DNA of 64,000 nucleotides from Fibrobacterota bacterium (GCA_042567505.1 JBHPJW010000005.1:9964-73963); one strand, 5' to 3'. Counted from the first letter of the stretch, positions 8,839-19,230 are shown. The notes: generated from the sequence alone by a model not told the origin. Numbers and translations: made by a program.

Positions 8839-10683
8839 TCAGTCGGTTCGTTTGAGCTGGACCCGTCGGTTCCTCTCTCGCCCTTCCGCTGTGGTGTTGT
8901 CGGCAATGGGGACCGTCGGTCCGTAACCCACGGCCTTTAGGCGGCCGGGTTCGACTCCCTTCTGGATCAGGTAATTTCTGACAGATTCTGCCCTGGCCTG
9001 TGACAGTTTCATGTTGACTTCCATAGTGCCCGTATTATCGGTATGGCCCTGTATTTCCAGCTTGACGTCCTTCCATTCCGTCAGGGATTCAACCACCTGA
9101 TCGAGAATGGTATAGGAATTCACATTGAGCTTGGCATTGCCGGTCATGAAAGAGACATTCAGGAGCATGGGTTCGCCGCGTTTTATTTCCTGGGTCTTGG
9201 GGCAGCCCTGGTTTTCGGGCAGTCCTTTGTGGTTGGGGCACTTGTCCTCAGCGTCCCTCAGCCCGTCCGCGTCATTGTCAACGTCCGGGCACCCGTCGTT
9301 GTCCTCAAAACCGTCATCGTCTTCGGGTTTCTGCGGGCACTTGTCATCCGCGTCGAGAACCATGTCATTGTCGTTGTCATCATCAGGACATCCGTCTTCG
9401 TCCTGGAACTTGTCGAAGTCCTCTGCTTTTTCCGGGCACTTGTCGTCCTTGTTGTCTATGCCGTCCTTGTCCACATCCTCGACCGGACAGCCGTGGACCT
9501 CGGTGGGCGTGTTGGGGCATTTGTCCTTGGCGTCCAGCAGACCGTCATTATCATTGTCGATTTCAGGGCACCCGTCATCGTCTTCAAAACCGTCCATGTC
9601 TTCCTTGTCCTGGGGACATTTATCCAGCTTGTTTATGATGCCGTCCTTGTCGCTGTCCAGCAATTTGCGCAGTCCCGTCCATCCCAGGGAAAACTGAACT
9701 CCTATTAAAGGAGCTCCTTTGGTGGAAAATTCATATTTCCTTTCCCTCCATTCAGATCGGAATCCGTAGTCAGCTATGGCTATATCAACGGCCAGGGAAG
9801 CATGCATACCATTGGGAAATTCATATTTGACTCCGGGAGTAACAAGCCAGATATCGTTGTCAAAATAATAGAAGGAAAAATCATTGATATAATGAATGAC
9901 GCGGGATTCCCCGCTGGTCTCCAGAAAAAGGGAGAGGTTTTCCACAGGGAAATATTCCAGGCCTATGGCGGCGGTAACCGCACTGCTGCTGTTGATGGCG
10001 CCTCCGAAGTTCACATGCAGTTTAAGGGGGACATTGCCGTTCAGCCGGTCAAAATGCATGGTCCAGAGCATCATAGGATTAAACGCCCAATCGGTGGAAG
10101 CATAACTGTCTTTGATAGGGTCATCTTTCTGTTCTATATAATACGCGTGGCGGGGGAAATGACCGCTGCCCATTGCGCCGGTTGGCAAAGCCAGTCTCAC
10201 AAAATATGCGTGGTTAATAAAAAACTCATCCTGGTTGAACGGGTACCTGAGCTTCGAGGTGATTTCCAGGTTGCCGAAAGAGGTATGGTCCTGTCCCCAA
10301 CCGGTGCGGTCATGATATATGGGAAGGTCGATGCCGATGTCCCAGGCCTGGTGGAAACCGTAAACCAGATAAAGATCTCCGGAATACAGGTAGGAGGCAT
10401 CAAAGGTTTCATCCTGTCTCGTGTTGATATTAAATACAGTTTTATAATTTCCGTTGGGGCCTATGGCATACTCATCATCCCAGTCACCTTTTATCGCTCC
10501 GCCGAAGGTAAGTGCGCCCAAACCGTGAGTTTCGGTTGTCATGGTACGGATGAGGCCTTTTTCGCCGCCGGCGTTAATATTATTAGCAACGGCATTTCCT
10601 GTCAGCAAAGCTGTTGCCAGGATCAATAACCTTGTCATGCTTTTACAATCCATGATATGCTCCTTTTTATTTGATAGATCCAC
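8839..10683 (-). CDS. OmpA-family outer membrane protein with thrombospondin type-3 (Ca-binding) repeats; true start may be slightly downstream
   Basis: Signal peptide, beta-barrel-like N-half, repeated D.D.DG..D..DKCP motifs, C-terminal GHTD..G....N..LS..RA and NRRV OmpA motifs. Confidence 0.92.
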   Translation of the reverse strand: MDLSNKKEHIMDCKSMTRLLILATALLTGNAVANNINAGGEKGLIRTMTTETHGLGALTFGGAIKGDWDDEYAIGPNGNYKTVFNINTRQDETFDASYLYSGDLYLVYGFHQAWDIGIDLPIYHDRTGWGQDHTSFGNLEITSKLRYPFNQDEFFINHAYFVRLALPTGAMGSGHFPRHAYYIEQKDDPIKDSYASTDWAFNPMMLWTMHFDRLNGNVPLKLHVNFGGAINSSSAVTAAIGLEYFPVENLSLFLETSGESRVIHYINDFSFYYFDNDIWLVTPGVKYEFPNGMHASLAVDIAIADYGFRSEWRERKYEFSTKGAPLIGVQFSLGWTGLRKLLDSDKDGIINKLDKCPQDKEDMDGFEDDDGCPEIDNDNDGLLDAKDKCPNTPTEVHGCPVEDVDKDGIDNKDDKCPEKAEDFDKFQDEDGCPDDDNDNDMVLDADDKCPQKPEDDDGFEDNDGCPDVDNDADGLRDAEDKCPNHKGLPENQGCPKTQEIKRGEPMLLNVSFMTGNAKLNVNSYTILDQVVESLTEWKDVKLEIQGHTDNTGTMEVNMKLSQARAESVRNYLIQKGVEPGRLKAVGYGPTVPIADNTTAEGRERNRRVQLKRTD

Positions 10684-10937
10684 CCTGTGAGAAGAATTAA
10701 AAAATATAACTTTTTTAATAAGATTGGGCGGAATTACTTACTATGGATGGTAAGAAGAGTCCCTTCATCTGCGATTTAGTATACTCACACTGATAAAAGG
10801 AGAATGAACCAGTGTTATTAGAAATGGTAATTTTGAAAAAATTACAGCCATTTTAGGCAAATTATTAATAAAAAAAATTTGTAGATTTTATTTCCTTATA
10901 TGAGAAGAATAACCTCGAAAAAGTAACGGGAGATATT

Positions 10938-11561
10938 ATGAAAGCTATTTCAGGCATAGTACTTATTTGTGTGATTTTCCTGTGTTCCTGTGAGAAGATA
11001 AAGGAAAAGGAAACTTACTATCCAAACAAACAGCTGAAAGAACGATGGAACGTAACCTTGGATGCCGGAAAGGAGATAAAGAACGGTTTATATGAATCCT
11101 GGCATGATAACGGCAAAAGAAAATACGTCTCACATTATCTGGATGACCAGAAACATGGAGTTCACAAGGAATTTTATAAAGACGGAACAAAAAAGCGCCG
11201 GGAGATTTACCATTTTGGATCTCTAATGGGAAAACAGAAGAGATGGGACAAAGAGGGGAACATTGTCTCTGAAGCGGTATATAAGGACGGCAAGAAAAAC
11301 GGGAAATATCTGCAGTATTACAAGGGAGGGAAAATTCATAAGAAAATAAATTTTCTGGATGATAAAAAATTTGGTGTCCAGATTGAATACAAGGAAGACG
11401 GGAATCTGGTGAACGCCAGTTGGTACAAGGAGGGGAAACCGGTTGCGGCACCGGCTGATTCCGCTGCCGTAGTGGAGGCCGCGGTTAAAGAAGATACTGC
11501 CTCGGTCGAAATTTCCAAAGGAGAGCAGGACGAGGAAGAGGAAGAAGTGGCGGTGGAGTAA
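10938..11561 (+). CDS. MORN-variant repeat lipoprotein (YwqK-like)
   Basis: Lipobox LCSC. Repeats of KNG.Y..(W/Y)..NG..K....Y. Acidic tail. Confidence 0.85.
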   Translation: MKAISGIVLICVIFLCSCEKIKEKETYYPNKQLKERWNVTLDAGKEIKNGLYESWHDNGKRKYVSHYLDDQKHGVHKEFYKDGTKKRREIYHFGSLMGKQKRWDKEGNIVSEAVYKDGKKNGKYLQYYKGGKIHKKINFLDDKKFGVQIEYKEDGNLVNASWYKEGKPVAAPADSAAVVEAAVKEDTASVEISKGEQDEEEEEVAVE

Positions 11562-11573
11562 TACGGCCTGTCC

Positions 11574-11996
11574 TTGATGAGAATACTGGTCTTATGCACC
11601 GGCAATTCCTGCCGTTCCCAGATGACTCAGGGTTTTCTTGAGCAGCATACCGGTATTGACGCCTACAGTGCAGGAGTGTCGATCCACAGGGTGCATCCCG
11701 GGGCAATAAAGGTCATGCGGGAAAAGGGAATAGATATTTCCCATCACACCTCAAATCATGTGGATGAATACCTAGGACTGGATTTTGATTTGGTAATCAC
11801 CGTTTGTGATAACGCCAATGAAAAATGCCCGGTTTTCCCGGCCCGGACCAGGAGAATTCACAAGAATTTCCCTGACCCGGTTAGAGCCAAGGGCTCGAAG
11901 GAGGAGATCCTCAGTCAGTTCCGGCGTACCAGGGATATGATTAAGAGTTTTTGTGATGAACTGGTCGCTGAAATAAAAAAGGGCCGGGTTTCATAA
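11574..11996 (+). CDS. arsC: Thioredoxin-coupled arsenate reductase (LMW-PTP family)
   Basis: CTGNSCRSQM P-loop, ITVCD.A.E.CPVFP and DP motifs. Confidence 0.92.
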   Translation: MMRILVLCTGNSCRSQMTQGFLEQHTGIDAYSAGVSIHRVHPGAIKVMREKGIDISHHTSNHVDEYLGLDFDLVITVCDNANEKCPVFPARTRRIHKNFPDPVRAKGSKEEILSQFRRTRDMIKSFCDELVAEIKKGRVS

Positions 11997-12134
11997 CAGG
12001 GTGGATTTTTTGTTTATTCCTCTGTCCGCCGGCCCAGGATAGTCCGGACGGGGAAAGCCGACAGACAATCGCGGTCTTCACCATCTGTCATGCTTGCTTA
12101 GAGTTTGCAGGGAAGGCAGCATGAGTATGTTCCA

Positions 12135-13286
12135 TCACCTTTTAAAAGCAGTAATTAAACTTGGAAGAGATTTAAATCCAATGAAGAGGATAATTCCGGC
12201 CAGGAAGCCCACGGCGGCATTTGATATCACGATTACCAGAGCTGTTACAAAACCTGTGAGATGCTGCCTCAGCCCTTTGTTTTTAAGACCCGGACGGGAA
12301 AGCTCGATTCCGGACACGATGAGCAGCAGGCCCAGGACAGACGGGGGATAGTCCGCCAGCACCTTTATCACCGAGCTGCCAAGAAAAATTCCCACAGCCA
12401 TTTTAACCAATCCCATGAATACCATGCCTCCCCCGGAGCGGCTTCCGAACCGGTATTGGGCGGCCAGGCCGCCGGAACCGTGGCACATGGGCATGGCGCC
12501 GAACAGGCAGCCTACGTTCATGGCCGCCACGCTGTATGCCATCCTGGCATCCGGTATTCCCTTCCCGGGAAACAAGCCACGGGACAGGGCGCATATGGCG
12601 ATTACTGAATTTAAAACCGTTAGGGGGATCTGGGGCAGGCTTCCCTTCACGCATCCGGACAACCATTCGGACCCATTGGGAAAGGTGTATGAGAGCCCCT
12701 GCCATCCGAAGACGGTGTTTTCCAGGACCGCAGGAGATCCGCTGAAAACAGCAATCAATCCTATGGTGAAAACCAGGAGGGCTCCGGGCAGCTTCTTCAC
12801 TTTTAAACCCGTGATAATAAATACTATGCATAAAACCAGCAATGGCAGGTCCCAGAAAGCGGCGTATTTGTGTGAACTGAGCATGGTCAGCCCCTTAATG
12901 GCCAGGCTTGCTCCCACGCCCATTTGAATGCCCCTAATGATTTCCCGGGGTATAAACGGCACAATGTTCTTTAGCAGACGGCTGATTGCCATCAGAAAGA
13001 TGATAAGCCCCGTCACCAATCCGGCGGCGGCTATTTCTCCTGCGGTGAGCCTCTCGGCAATGGCGACGGCGGCGATAGCTTTCATGGGCTGTACCGGCAC
13101 CGGCAATCCGAATAGAAATCCAGTTGTAATGCTGAAAAAACCGGCCCAGAAAAAAACACTTCCCGCGTCGAGGTCACAGAGTATGATCATGGGCACAACC
13201 AATGGAATAAATGATCCAAGGTCGCCGAATGAACCGCTTATTTCAAGCGGGTTGAGCCGGATTCTGGAGTATATTCTGTTGCGCAT
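12135..13286 (-). CDS. MOT1-family molybdate/sulfate transporter
   Basis: GDLG..IP, PVQPMK and MPMCHGSGGLAAQYRFG motifs; hydrophobic. Confidence 0.88.
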   Translation of the reverse strand: MRNRIYSRIRLNPLEISGSFGDLGSFIPLVVPMIILCDLDAGSVFFWAGFFSITTGFLFGLPVPVQPMKAIAAVAIAERLTAGEIAAAGLVTGLIIFLMAISRLLKNIVPFIPREIIRGIQMGVGASLAIKGLTMLSSHKYAAFWDLPLLVLCIVFIITGLKVKKLPGALLVFTIGLIAVFSGSPAVLENTVFGWQGLSYTFPNGSEWLSGCVKGSLPQIPLTVLNSVIAICALSRGLFPGKGIPDARMAYSVAAMNVGCLFGAMPMCHGSGGLAAQYRFGSRSGGGMVFMGLVKMAVGIFLGSSVIKVLADYPPSVLGLLLIVSGIELSRPGLKNKGLRQHLTGFVTALVIVISNAAVGFLAGIILFIGFKSLPSLITAFKR

Positions 13287-13306
13287 GAGGATTTGTTGAT
13301 TTATAA

Positions 13307-14269
13307 TTATTCAAGTCCCCTCATCCTCTCATCGTCCTCGATCCTGGCTTTCAGCCGGGCAATATCATTGGCGTATTGTGCACGGCCTGAGATTGAGAGC
13401 GCCTGCTCGAATTTAGACAGGGCGTCGTGAAGTTCGCCTTTTGCCTCATCATAAATTCCCAGGTTATAAAGAGCCGCGGACTTGTCCTCCCGGTTGCCTG
13501 TTTTCAAGGCGGACTCCCATAAAAAGGCCGCCTCGGGCCATTTCCCCTTTCTGGCCGCCTTAACACCTTTCTTTATTGCTTTTGAGTCTCCTTTCTCCAG
13601 TACCCTGGTCTCCCAGACCGAGTAGGGCGCGATCCGGCGCAAGACGGCAGGGTGGCTGGCGGTAAGGGCCCGGTCGACTACCTTGTCCCAGTTTTCAGTG
13701 CCAATGAGGGCAGCGGCCCTGTTGTCCTTCCTGGTCTTGTCCCAGGCCCTGGCAGAGGCTTGTGAGGTTCCCAGAACATTTCCCTTCTTATCGGTTGCGG
13801 TTATTTCCACCCTGGTCTCAGCGCTGCGGGTAAGTTCATAATATTCTCTGCTCTGGCCTTTCTGGCTGGTGTCTTTTTTTAATGCGCCGGCGTCTTTGAC
13901 AGTATAGGTTATACTTCCTGAGAGCAGGGCGTCGAAATCCGCCCTGTCAGTTACCTTGAAAAAACCGTGAGAGCGCATGGCTTTTTTCAAGCCGTTCTGG
14001 TGCCTTCTGCTCATTTCAGGATGTTTTTTTTTCGCCAGTTTATTGGCGCCGGCATCCAGGGCAATATCGCTAATGGTACCCAGCACGCTTCCCTTCTCTT
14101 CAACAAGGTCCAGGTTCAAGGTCCCGTTAACCGGGAAATGCCCCACTTTTATGGTTTTTACACCCTTTAGATGCAGCTCGGGGGCGCGCTCGACTAAAAT
14201 TCTGACACTGGAAGAACATCCCGTAAACATAACAATCATCCAGCAGACTAAAACTCCGAAAGCTTTCAT
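13307..14269 (-). CDS. Lipoprotein with C-terminal TPR
   Basis: Start MKAFG after AAGGAG; lipobox FTG-C; AALYNLGIYDEAKG TPR. Confidence 0.8.
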   Translation of the reverse strand: MKAFGVLVCWMIVMFTGCSSSVRILVERAPELHLKGVKTIKVGHFPVNGTLNLDLVEEKGSVLGTISDIALDAGANKLAKKKHPEMSRRHQNGLKKAMRSHGFFKVTDRADFDALLSGSITYTVKDAGALKKDTSQKGQSREYYELTRSAETRVEITATDKKGNVLGTSQASARAWDKTRKDNRAAALIGTENWDKVVDRALTASHPAVLRRIAPYSVWETRVLEKGDSKAIKKGVKAARKGKWPEAAFLWESALKTGNREDKSAALYNLGIYDEAKGELHDALSKFEQALSISGRAQYANDIARLKARIEDDERMRGLE

Positions 14270-14476
14270 GGCAAGGCTCCTTCTTGAATAAAAATTATTA
14301 CCGGATGTCCGCGCAGGCATAGATAGTATAAATTACAATCTGAGGCCGAAAAATCCTAAGAGGCTGCTGACGATTCAAACGGAAGCTTTACTCCACCTCC
14401 GGTTTCTCTCCCCCCGGAAATTTTTCACCCATAGAACCAGTGTCAACGGCCGCCAGGGCAAGCAAAAGAACGGGTT

Positions 14477-15160
14477 TTATTCTTTTGCGTCCTCTATTTT
14501 TTTTATTTGCAGTTTTGCTCTTTCGAAGCTTTTGTCCATGTCCAGGGCTTTAGTAAACTTTTTCAGCGCTTCCTGGTGTTTTCCCCCGTCCAGCAGTTCC
14601 AGCCCTTCGGAATAGACCAGCAATACCTGCATGCTGACCTTGTCCGATTTCTCTATAAGTTTTTTGTCCTCTTTGGTAACCTTCACCTCCAGTTCGTCGG
14701 CGATTTTATAACTGAGTTTCTTGATGAGTTTGAAAAGCGCTTTGGCCTTGCCTGTCGCTTCCACCGCTTTTATCACTTCTCCGGTCTCAACCTTTACCAT
14801 GCGAATGTCTATCCGTATTTTCTTGCCCAGGTCTTTTACAAAACCGCCGAACATAAGGTGTTGGGCCCCCAAAAGTTTGCCGATTTTGGGCGCGGAAGAC
14901 ACATCGATGACATCACTCTGGGCCAGTTCGAGTTCGGTTAATACCGCCTCGAGCTTTTCACGCTCCAGCACTTTTAGGGCGGAAATCTTTTTCAGTTCTG
15001 TGACCATCATGTCACAGAGGCCTTTCTTCAGGCCGTCATAGGCCTCTTTTTCCATTAGGCTGTTGTTCTCAAATCTCAGGACGGCAACGGTAGGTTTCTG
15101 TTCCTGGCAGAAGATGCTGCTTACTATAACTAAAACGGAAAAGGTTATGTTTTTTATCAT
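14477..15160 (-). CDS. CsgG/FlgO/TolB-N-like domain protein with C-terminal TPR
   Basis: TVAVLRFEN, VLERE.LE.VL.EL.L, IGKLLGA and RMVKVETGEVI motifs; signal peptide. Confidence 0.85.
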   Translation of the reverse strand: MIKNITFSVLVIVSSIFCQEQKPTVAVLRFENNSLMEKEAYDGLKKGLCDMMVTELKKISALKVLEREKLEAVLTELELAQSDVIDVSSAPKIGKLLGAQHLMFGGFVKDLGKKIRIDIRMVKVETGEVIKAVEATGKAKALFKLIKKLSYKIADELEVKVTKEDKKLIEKSDKVSMQVLLVYSEGLELLDGGKHQEALKKFTKALDMDKSFERAKLQIKKIEDAKE

Positions 15161-15362
15161 GACCTAAATTTAGATTTTTCCAGTTTCTACACAAATAACT
15201 GACAGGATTAAACTATCACAGCAATACTTGCCGCGCATACCATATGGTAAGAAGTAGTATAAAGTGAGAATGCATTCCTGTCCTTCAAACGATGCACTTG
15301 CCGATGAAAGAGGGACGGCATTGATGATGAGGGAGTGCGGCTATTAATTCAGAATTGAGAAT

Positions 15363-15638
15363 TTATAATTCATAATTTTCTTTCCTCATCCCTTCAGTCT
15401 GCTTTTTCCATTCGTCAATTTCCAAGTTTCCCAGGCATTCCACGGCCTTGTCGCAGTAGGTAAGGCAGAGATTGCTCAGGTTGGGATTAAACATGGTTTT
15501 ACCACAATGTGAGCATGTCCTTTTGATATCGTCTTTCCAGAACTCAACCGTCGATCCGCAGGTGGGACACCGGCTTTCCTTGATGTCTTTCGGCTTCCAG
15601 AAGCTCGGATTCATTCCAGGGCATTTGTGTAATGACAT
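15363..15638 (-). CDS. Small Cys-rich zinc-ribbon-like protein
   Basis: CPG, CPTCG, CSHCG and CLTYC...C; RBS GAGGA upstream. Confidence 0.8.
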   Translation of the reverse strand: MSLHKCPGMNPSFWKPKDIKESRCPTCGSTVEFWKDDIKRTCSHCGKTMFNPNLSNLCLTYCDKAVECLGNLEIDEWKKQTEGMRKENYEL

Positions 15639-15683
15639 TGTTATCCTCTACCTTCCATTATAATAATTTCCTTAGGCATTTGA

Positions 15684-15763
15684 GGGATCAGGAATCAGTA
15701 GTCAGGGATCAGTTTGGAGCCTATACTATCTGACTCCTGACACCTGACAACTGACTCCTGATC
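15684..15763. repeat. Inverted arrays of 7-mer repeats (GGRATCA / TGACTCC)
   Basis: gggatca ggaatca gtagtca gggatca ... tgactcc tgacacc tgacaac tgactcc. Confidence 0.75.
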
Positions 15764-15867
15764 ACTACTCACCTCTGTCCTCTGTCTTCTACCTTTTATC
15801 TTCTTTCCCATGACGGTCTTTATACTAATTCAGAATTCATAATTATTCTGTCATCTCATTTCTGTAG

Positions 15868-15913
15868 ATCGAATGTTTGAATGTTTGAATGTTCGAATGA
15901 TCGAATGATCGAT
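15868..15913. repeat. Tandem 8-mer repeats (GAATGWTY)
   Basis: gatcgaatgtttgaatgtttgaatgttcgaatgatcgaatgatcga. Confidence 0.75.
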
Positions 15914-15929
15914 ATTCAAATGATCCACC

Positions 15930-16775
15930 CTACACCCACTCTTCCTGCAGGATCTCTCCCCGTATACCAACAGTCACGCTCTTTACGGGAATTTTTCTGG
16001 AAGCTTCCTGTGCGGCTTTCTGGGCCAGCGCCAGCAATCCGTGACAGCAGGGGACCTGCATAATCATCACGGTCAGGGTGTTGATGTTAGCTTCGTCAAT
16101 CAGGGTCTTCAGCTTCTCCGTATATACATCCTGCTCGGAGTCCAGTTTGGGGCAGGCTATGGCCAGGGTCTTGCCCTTCAGGTATTCCTTGTGAAAATCC
16201 CCCAGGGAATAGGCAACGCAGTCCGCGGCCAGCAATACGTCCGTTCCCTCAAAATGCGGAGCATGGGGAGAGATTAAATGCAGCTGGATAGGCCAGTGGG
16301 TTAACTGAGTGGGCCGTTTGCCCTCCTCTGAACCTGTCTGATTTTCTTCCCGGTCAAAAGCCATGGTTCTGGCTCCCGGACATCCGGACATGGTGGGTGT
16401 GGTCATGAGTTCCTCCTTTTCTTTGATTTCAATATTCTGTTCTTTCAAATATTCCTCGGCCTGTTTTAAAAAATCATCCTGGTTGTGTTCCCTCAGATGT
16501 TGTATATGGGCCCTGATGGTGTTGTCACCCTGTTTTACAATGTTCTCCATTACTTTTTTCTCGTCATAAGGCTCTGCTTCCCGTTCCTCAATGGTGATAG
16601 CGCCCTCGGGACAGTGACCCAAACAGGCGCCAAGTCCGTCGCAGGCCAGGTCGCTTACCAGCCTGGCTTTACCATCGATTATCTGCAGGGCGCCCTCCGG
16701 GCAGTTGGGTATGCAGTCCTCGCATCCCGTGCACTTGTCCTCGTCTATGTGGATTATTTTTCTTTTCATGTTCAT
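15930..16775 (-). CDS. 4Fe-4S dicluster ferredoxin-domain protein with CPKLD C-terminal domain
   Basis: CTGCEDCIPNCPEG, CDGLGACLGHCP, WPIQL, CPKLD and VPCC; start placed at MNMKRKII. Confidence 0.88.
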   Translation of the reverse strand: MNMKRKIIHIDEDKCTGCEDCIPNCPEGALQIIDGKARLVSDLACDGLGACLGHCPEGAITIEEREAEPYDEKKVMENIVKQGDNTIRAHIQHLREHNQDDFLKQAEEYLKEQNIEIKEKEELMTTPTMSGCPGARTMAFDREENQTGSEEGKRPTQLTHWPIQLHLISPHAPHFEGTDVLLAADCVAYSLGDFHKEYLKGKTLAIACPKLDSEQDVYTEKLKTLIDEANINTLTVMIMQVPCCHGLLALAQKAAQEASRKIPVKSVTVGIRGEILQEEWV

Positions 16776-16842
16776 TTCTCTTTTTACAGTTAATCTGATC
16801 CAGTTTCTGTTTATAGTATATCTATATCTGGGGGATGATAAA

Positions 16843-16856
16843 TTGACTTGAATCAA
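16843..16856. promoter_or_regulatory. FNR/HcpR-type binding site
   Basis: TTGAC-ttga-ATCAA versus FNR consensus TTGAT-N4-ATCAA, lying between the Fe-S gene and the divergent Crp/Fnr gene. Confidence 0.7.
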
Positions 16857-16965
16857 GAAATACGCGATTAGGTATGGGAAAATGGTTAAATATGGCCCGG
16901 AATATATTGAATTGAGGATTTAGGCGATTTACAAAAGCCGTTTTTTAAATAGCTTTATACCCGTT

Positions 16966-17628
16966 ATGAAGGCGGTTGACAAAGCGGAGATCCTGGCGCG
17001 AACACACCTTTTTAAGGAAAGCTCAAAAGAGAGCCTATCCGACCTGACGGAGATCTGCCTATCCAAAACCCTGCAGAAAAAGGACATACTGTTCCGGGAA
17101 GGCGACGACGGCCACTCCATCTATGTTTTGATTTCAGGGAGTATTCAATTATATAAAATCGCCCCGGACGGCCGGGAAATTGTAATCAAACTGGTAAAAC
17201 CGGGTGAGATGTTCGCCGAAGCAATACTCTTTGAACGATCCCGATACCCAGTCAGCGCCGTGGCACTTTCCACCAGTCATGTGTACATGCTTCCCCGGCG
17301 CCAGTTCTCCTGCCTGCTGGAAGACCAGAGGTTCCGTGAGGATTTTCTGGGCATGATGATGAAGAAGGTGAGATACCTTACCAACCAGATTAATTACCTC
17401 AGTTCCCATGACGTGGAAGAGCGGCTGTTCCTTTTTCTGGAAGAGCAGTTCGGGAGGAAAGAATCAATAACCGTTTCCATCTCCAAAAAAGACATTGCCG
17501 CCGCCATCCGCACCACCCCCGAAACCCTCTCCCGGTTGCTGCTGCGCCTGAAAGACGAAGGAAAACTATCCTGGGAAGGGAAGAAGATCGCGGTGTCCCC
17601 GGACGTGTGGGATAAACTTGAGACCTGA
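16966..17628 (+). CDS. Crp/Fnr-family transcriptional regulator (HcpR/Dnr-like)
   Basis: cNMP-binding fold (LFREGD, GEMFAE) and HTH TPETLSR; no N-terminal Cys cluster. Confidence 0.92.
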   Translation: MKAVDKAEILARTHLFKESSKESLSDLTEICLSKTLQKKDILFREGDDGHSIYVLISGSIQLYKIAPDGREIVIKLVKPGEMFAEAILFERSRYPVSAVALSTSHVYMLPRRQFSCLLEDQRFREDFLGMMMKKVRYLTNQINYLSSHDVEERLFLFLEEQFGRKESITVSISKKDIAAAIRTTPETLSRLLLRLKDEGKLSWEGKKIAVSPDVWDKLET

Positions 17629-18349
17629 GCTTCTCAGCTCGTTCAACATTCCGGTTTCGGAAGGAACATTACTAAAAAGATATCAGCGGTTTCTCACCGA
17701 TGTGAATGTTCCTTCTTTGGCTCTTCCATTGACCGTGCACTGTCCGAATACAGGCAGCATGATGGGACTGGATACTCCGGGAAGCAGGGTGCTGATTTCC
17801 TATTCAGGCAATGAAAAGCGAAAGTACCCTTATACGCTCGAATGTGTGAAATCAGGAAGATCCTGGGTGTGTGTCAACACCCTGAGGGCAAACCAGCTGG
17901 CGGGAATGATGCTGGAACAACATATGATTGCCGGGCTCGGCGGGTATGCCCGGATTGAGCCGGAACCCCGGTACCGGAAAGACACCCGGTTCGACTTTTT
18001 TCTGCGGCCGAACGGATCAGGGGGCATGGGAGCGTATGTGGAGGTTAAATCAGTTACTCTTGCGTTGGGTGGAGGCCTGGCCGGTTTCCCTGATTCGGTC
18101 ACTGAACGGGGACGCAAACATTTGCGCATGTTGATGTCAGCGACGGCTGAAGGATTTCAGGCCGTGTTGCTTTTTATATGTTTCCGGAGCGATTGCGGTA
18201 AAGTGGCCGCGGCCGCCCATATTGATCCGGAATACGCCTCATTGCTTGAGATGGCATGGAAAAAGGGAGTACGGGTGCTGGCGATAAAGGTTCGAGTAAC
18301 CAAACGGGGCTTTTGGAAGCCCGACGGATTGATGAAGGTTGAGTTATGA
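17618..18349 (+). CDS. sfsA: SfsA nuclease (sugar fermentation stimulation protein)
   Basis: RYQRFL, HCPNTGSM, RFDF, VEVKSVTL and FPDSVTERGRKHL. Confidence 0.92.
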   Translation: MRPELLSSFNIPVSEGTLLKRYQRFLTDVNVPSLALPLTVHCPNTGSMMGLDTPGSRVLISYSGNEKRKYPYTLECVKSGRSWVCVNTLRANQLAGMMLEQHMIAGLGGYARIEPEPRYRKDTRFDFFLRPNGSGGMGAYVEVKSVTLALGGGLAGFPDSVTERGRKHLRMLMSATAEGFQAVLLFICFRSDCGKVAAAAHIDPEYASLLEMAWKKGVRVLAIKVRVTKRGFWKPDGLMKVEL

Positions 18350-18402
18350 CCTCAAACAACTTGCTCATGATCCCTTACGCTTTATACCTCGGCACCGCGG
18401 AC

Positions 18403-19230
18403 TTATGCCGCCTGGCATTCCGGGCAGTAGACCGTTCCCCTCTGTGCGATGGAGGTTTTTAACAGGACAGCGCCGCATGCATAACATTCTTTTCCGCCCC
18501 GGCCATATACCTGCAACTGTTCCTGGTTGGAGCCCAAAGAGCCATCCGGCTTGCGATAATCGGAAAAACTTGTCCCGAGGTTCTTGATTGCCTTTTGCAG
18601 CACCTTTTTCACTATTCGTATCAGGTTCCTCCAATCCTGCTGGGAGAGCGTGTCAACTGTCCGGGCCGGGTGAAGGCCGGATAGGAACAGGGTTTCGTCG
18701 CAGTATATATTGCCTATGCCGCTGAGGAAAGACTGGTCGAGCAGCAGGCTCTTAATCGAACGGTGGCTGGAATGAGGAATATAGTGTTTCAGGAATGTTC
18801 CCGGCGTAATGTCCAGAGGCTCCGGCCCAAGCTTTTGTATTCTGGGATGGGACCGCCAGTCTCCACCCGGGACACAGATAATCTTCCCAAAGGTCCGGGG
18901 ATCTTTGAAAAGCAACTGGCGGTTCCCGGTAAACGAGATGATAATCCGGACATGTTTATCAGACCTGTTCTGCCACTGGGAAGAAAACAGCAGCTGGCCG
19001 GTCATTCCCAGATGAAAAATCAAAGCGTCTTTTTCCAGCTCAAATACAATATATTTTCCCCTTCTGATGAGGTCGGTAATCTTCTGTCCGGAGATTGTGC
19101 CAGCAATTAGTCTTGGCTTAAGACCTATTACCATCTGCGGCCTCCTGACGCGGATCCCGGCAATGGTCAAGTTGGCCACATCCGGCGCCAGCAGGCGGCG
19201 AATGGTTTCAACTTCAGGAAGTTCAGGCAT
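18403..19230 (-). CDS. mutM: Formamidopyrimidine-DNA glycosylase
   Basis: MPELPEVET, HLGMTG, GIGNIY and C-terminal Zn finger. Confidence 0.97.
   Translation of the reverse strand: MPELPEVETIRRLLAPDVANLTIAGIRVRRPQMVIGLKPRLIAGTISGQKITDLIRRGKYIVFELEKDALIFHLGMTGQLLFSSQWQNRSDKHVRIIISFTGNRQLLFKDPRTFGKIICVPGGDWRSHPRIQKLGPEPLDITPGTFLKHYIPHSSHRSIKSLLLDQSFLSGIGNIYCDETLFLSGLHPARTVDTLSQQDWRNLIRIVKKVLQKAIKNLGTSFSDYRKPDGSLGSNQEQLQVYGRGGKECYACGAVLLKTSIAQRGTVYCPECQAA

Noticed and set aside
9043-10629. Long plus-strand ORFs opposite the OmpA gene (similar ones opposite pnt, gltB and the adhesin)
   Set aside because: Antisense open frames arising from the codon bias of the real genes.
15684-15913. Possible CRISPR array
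   Set aside because: Units are 7-8 bp with no unique spacers, and there are no cas genes in the window.
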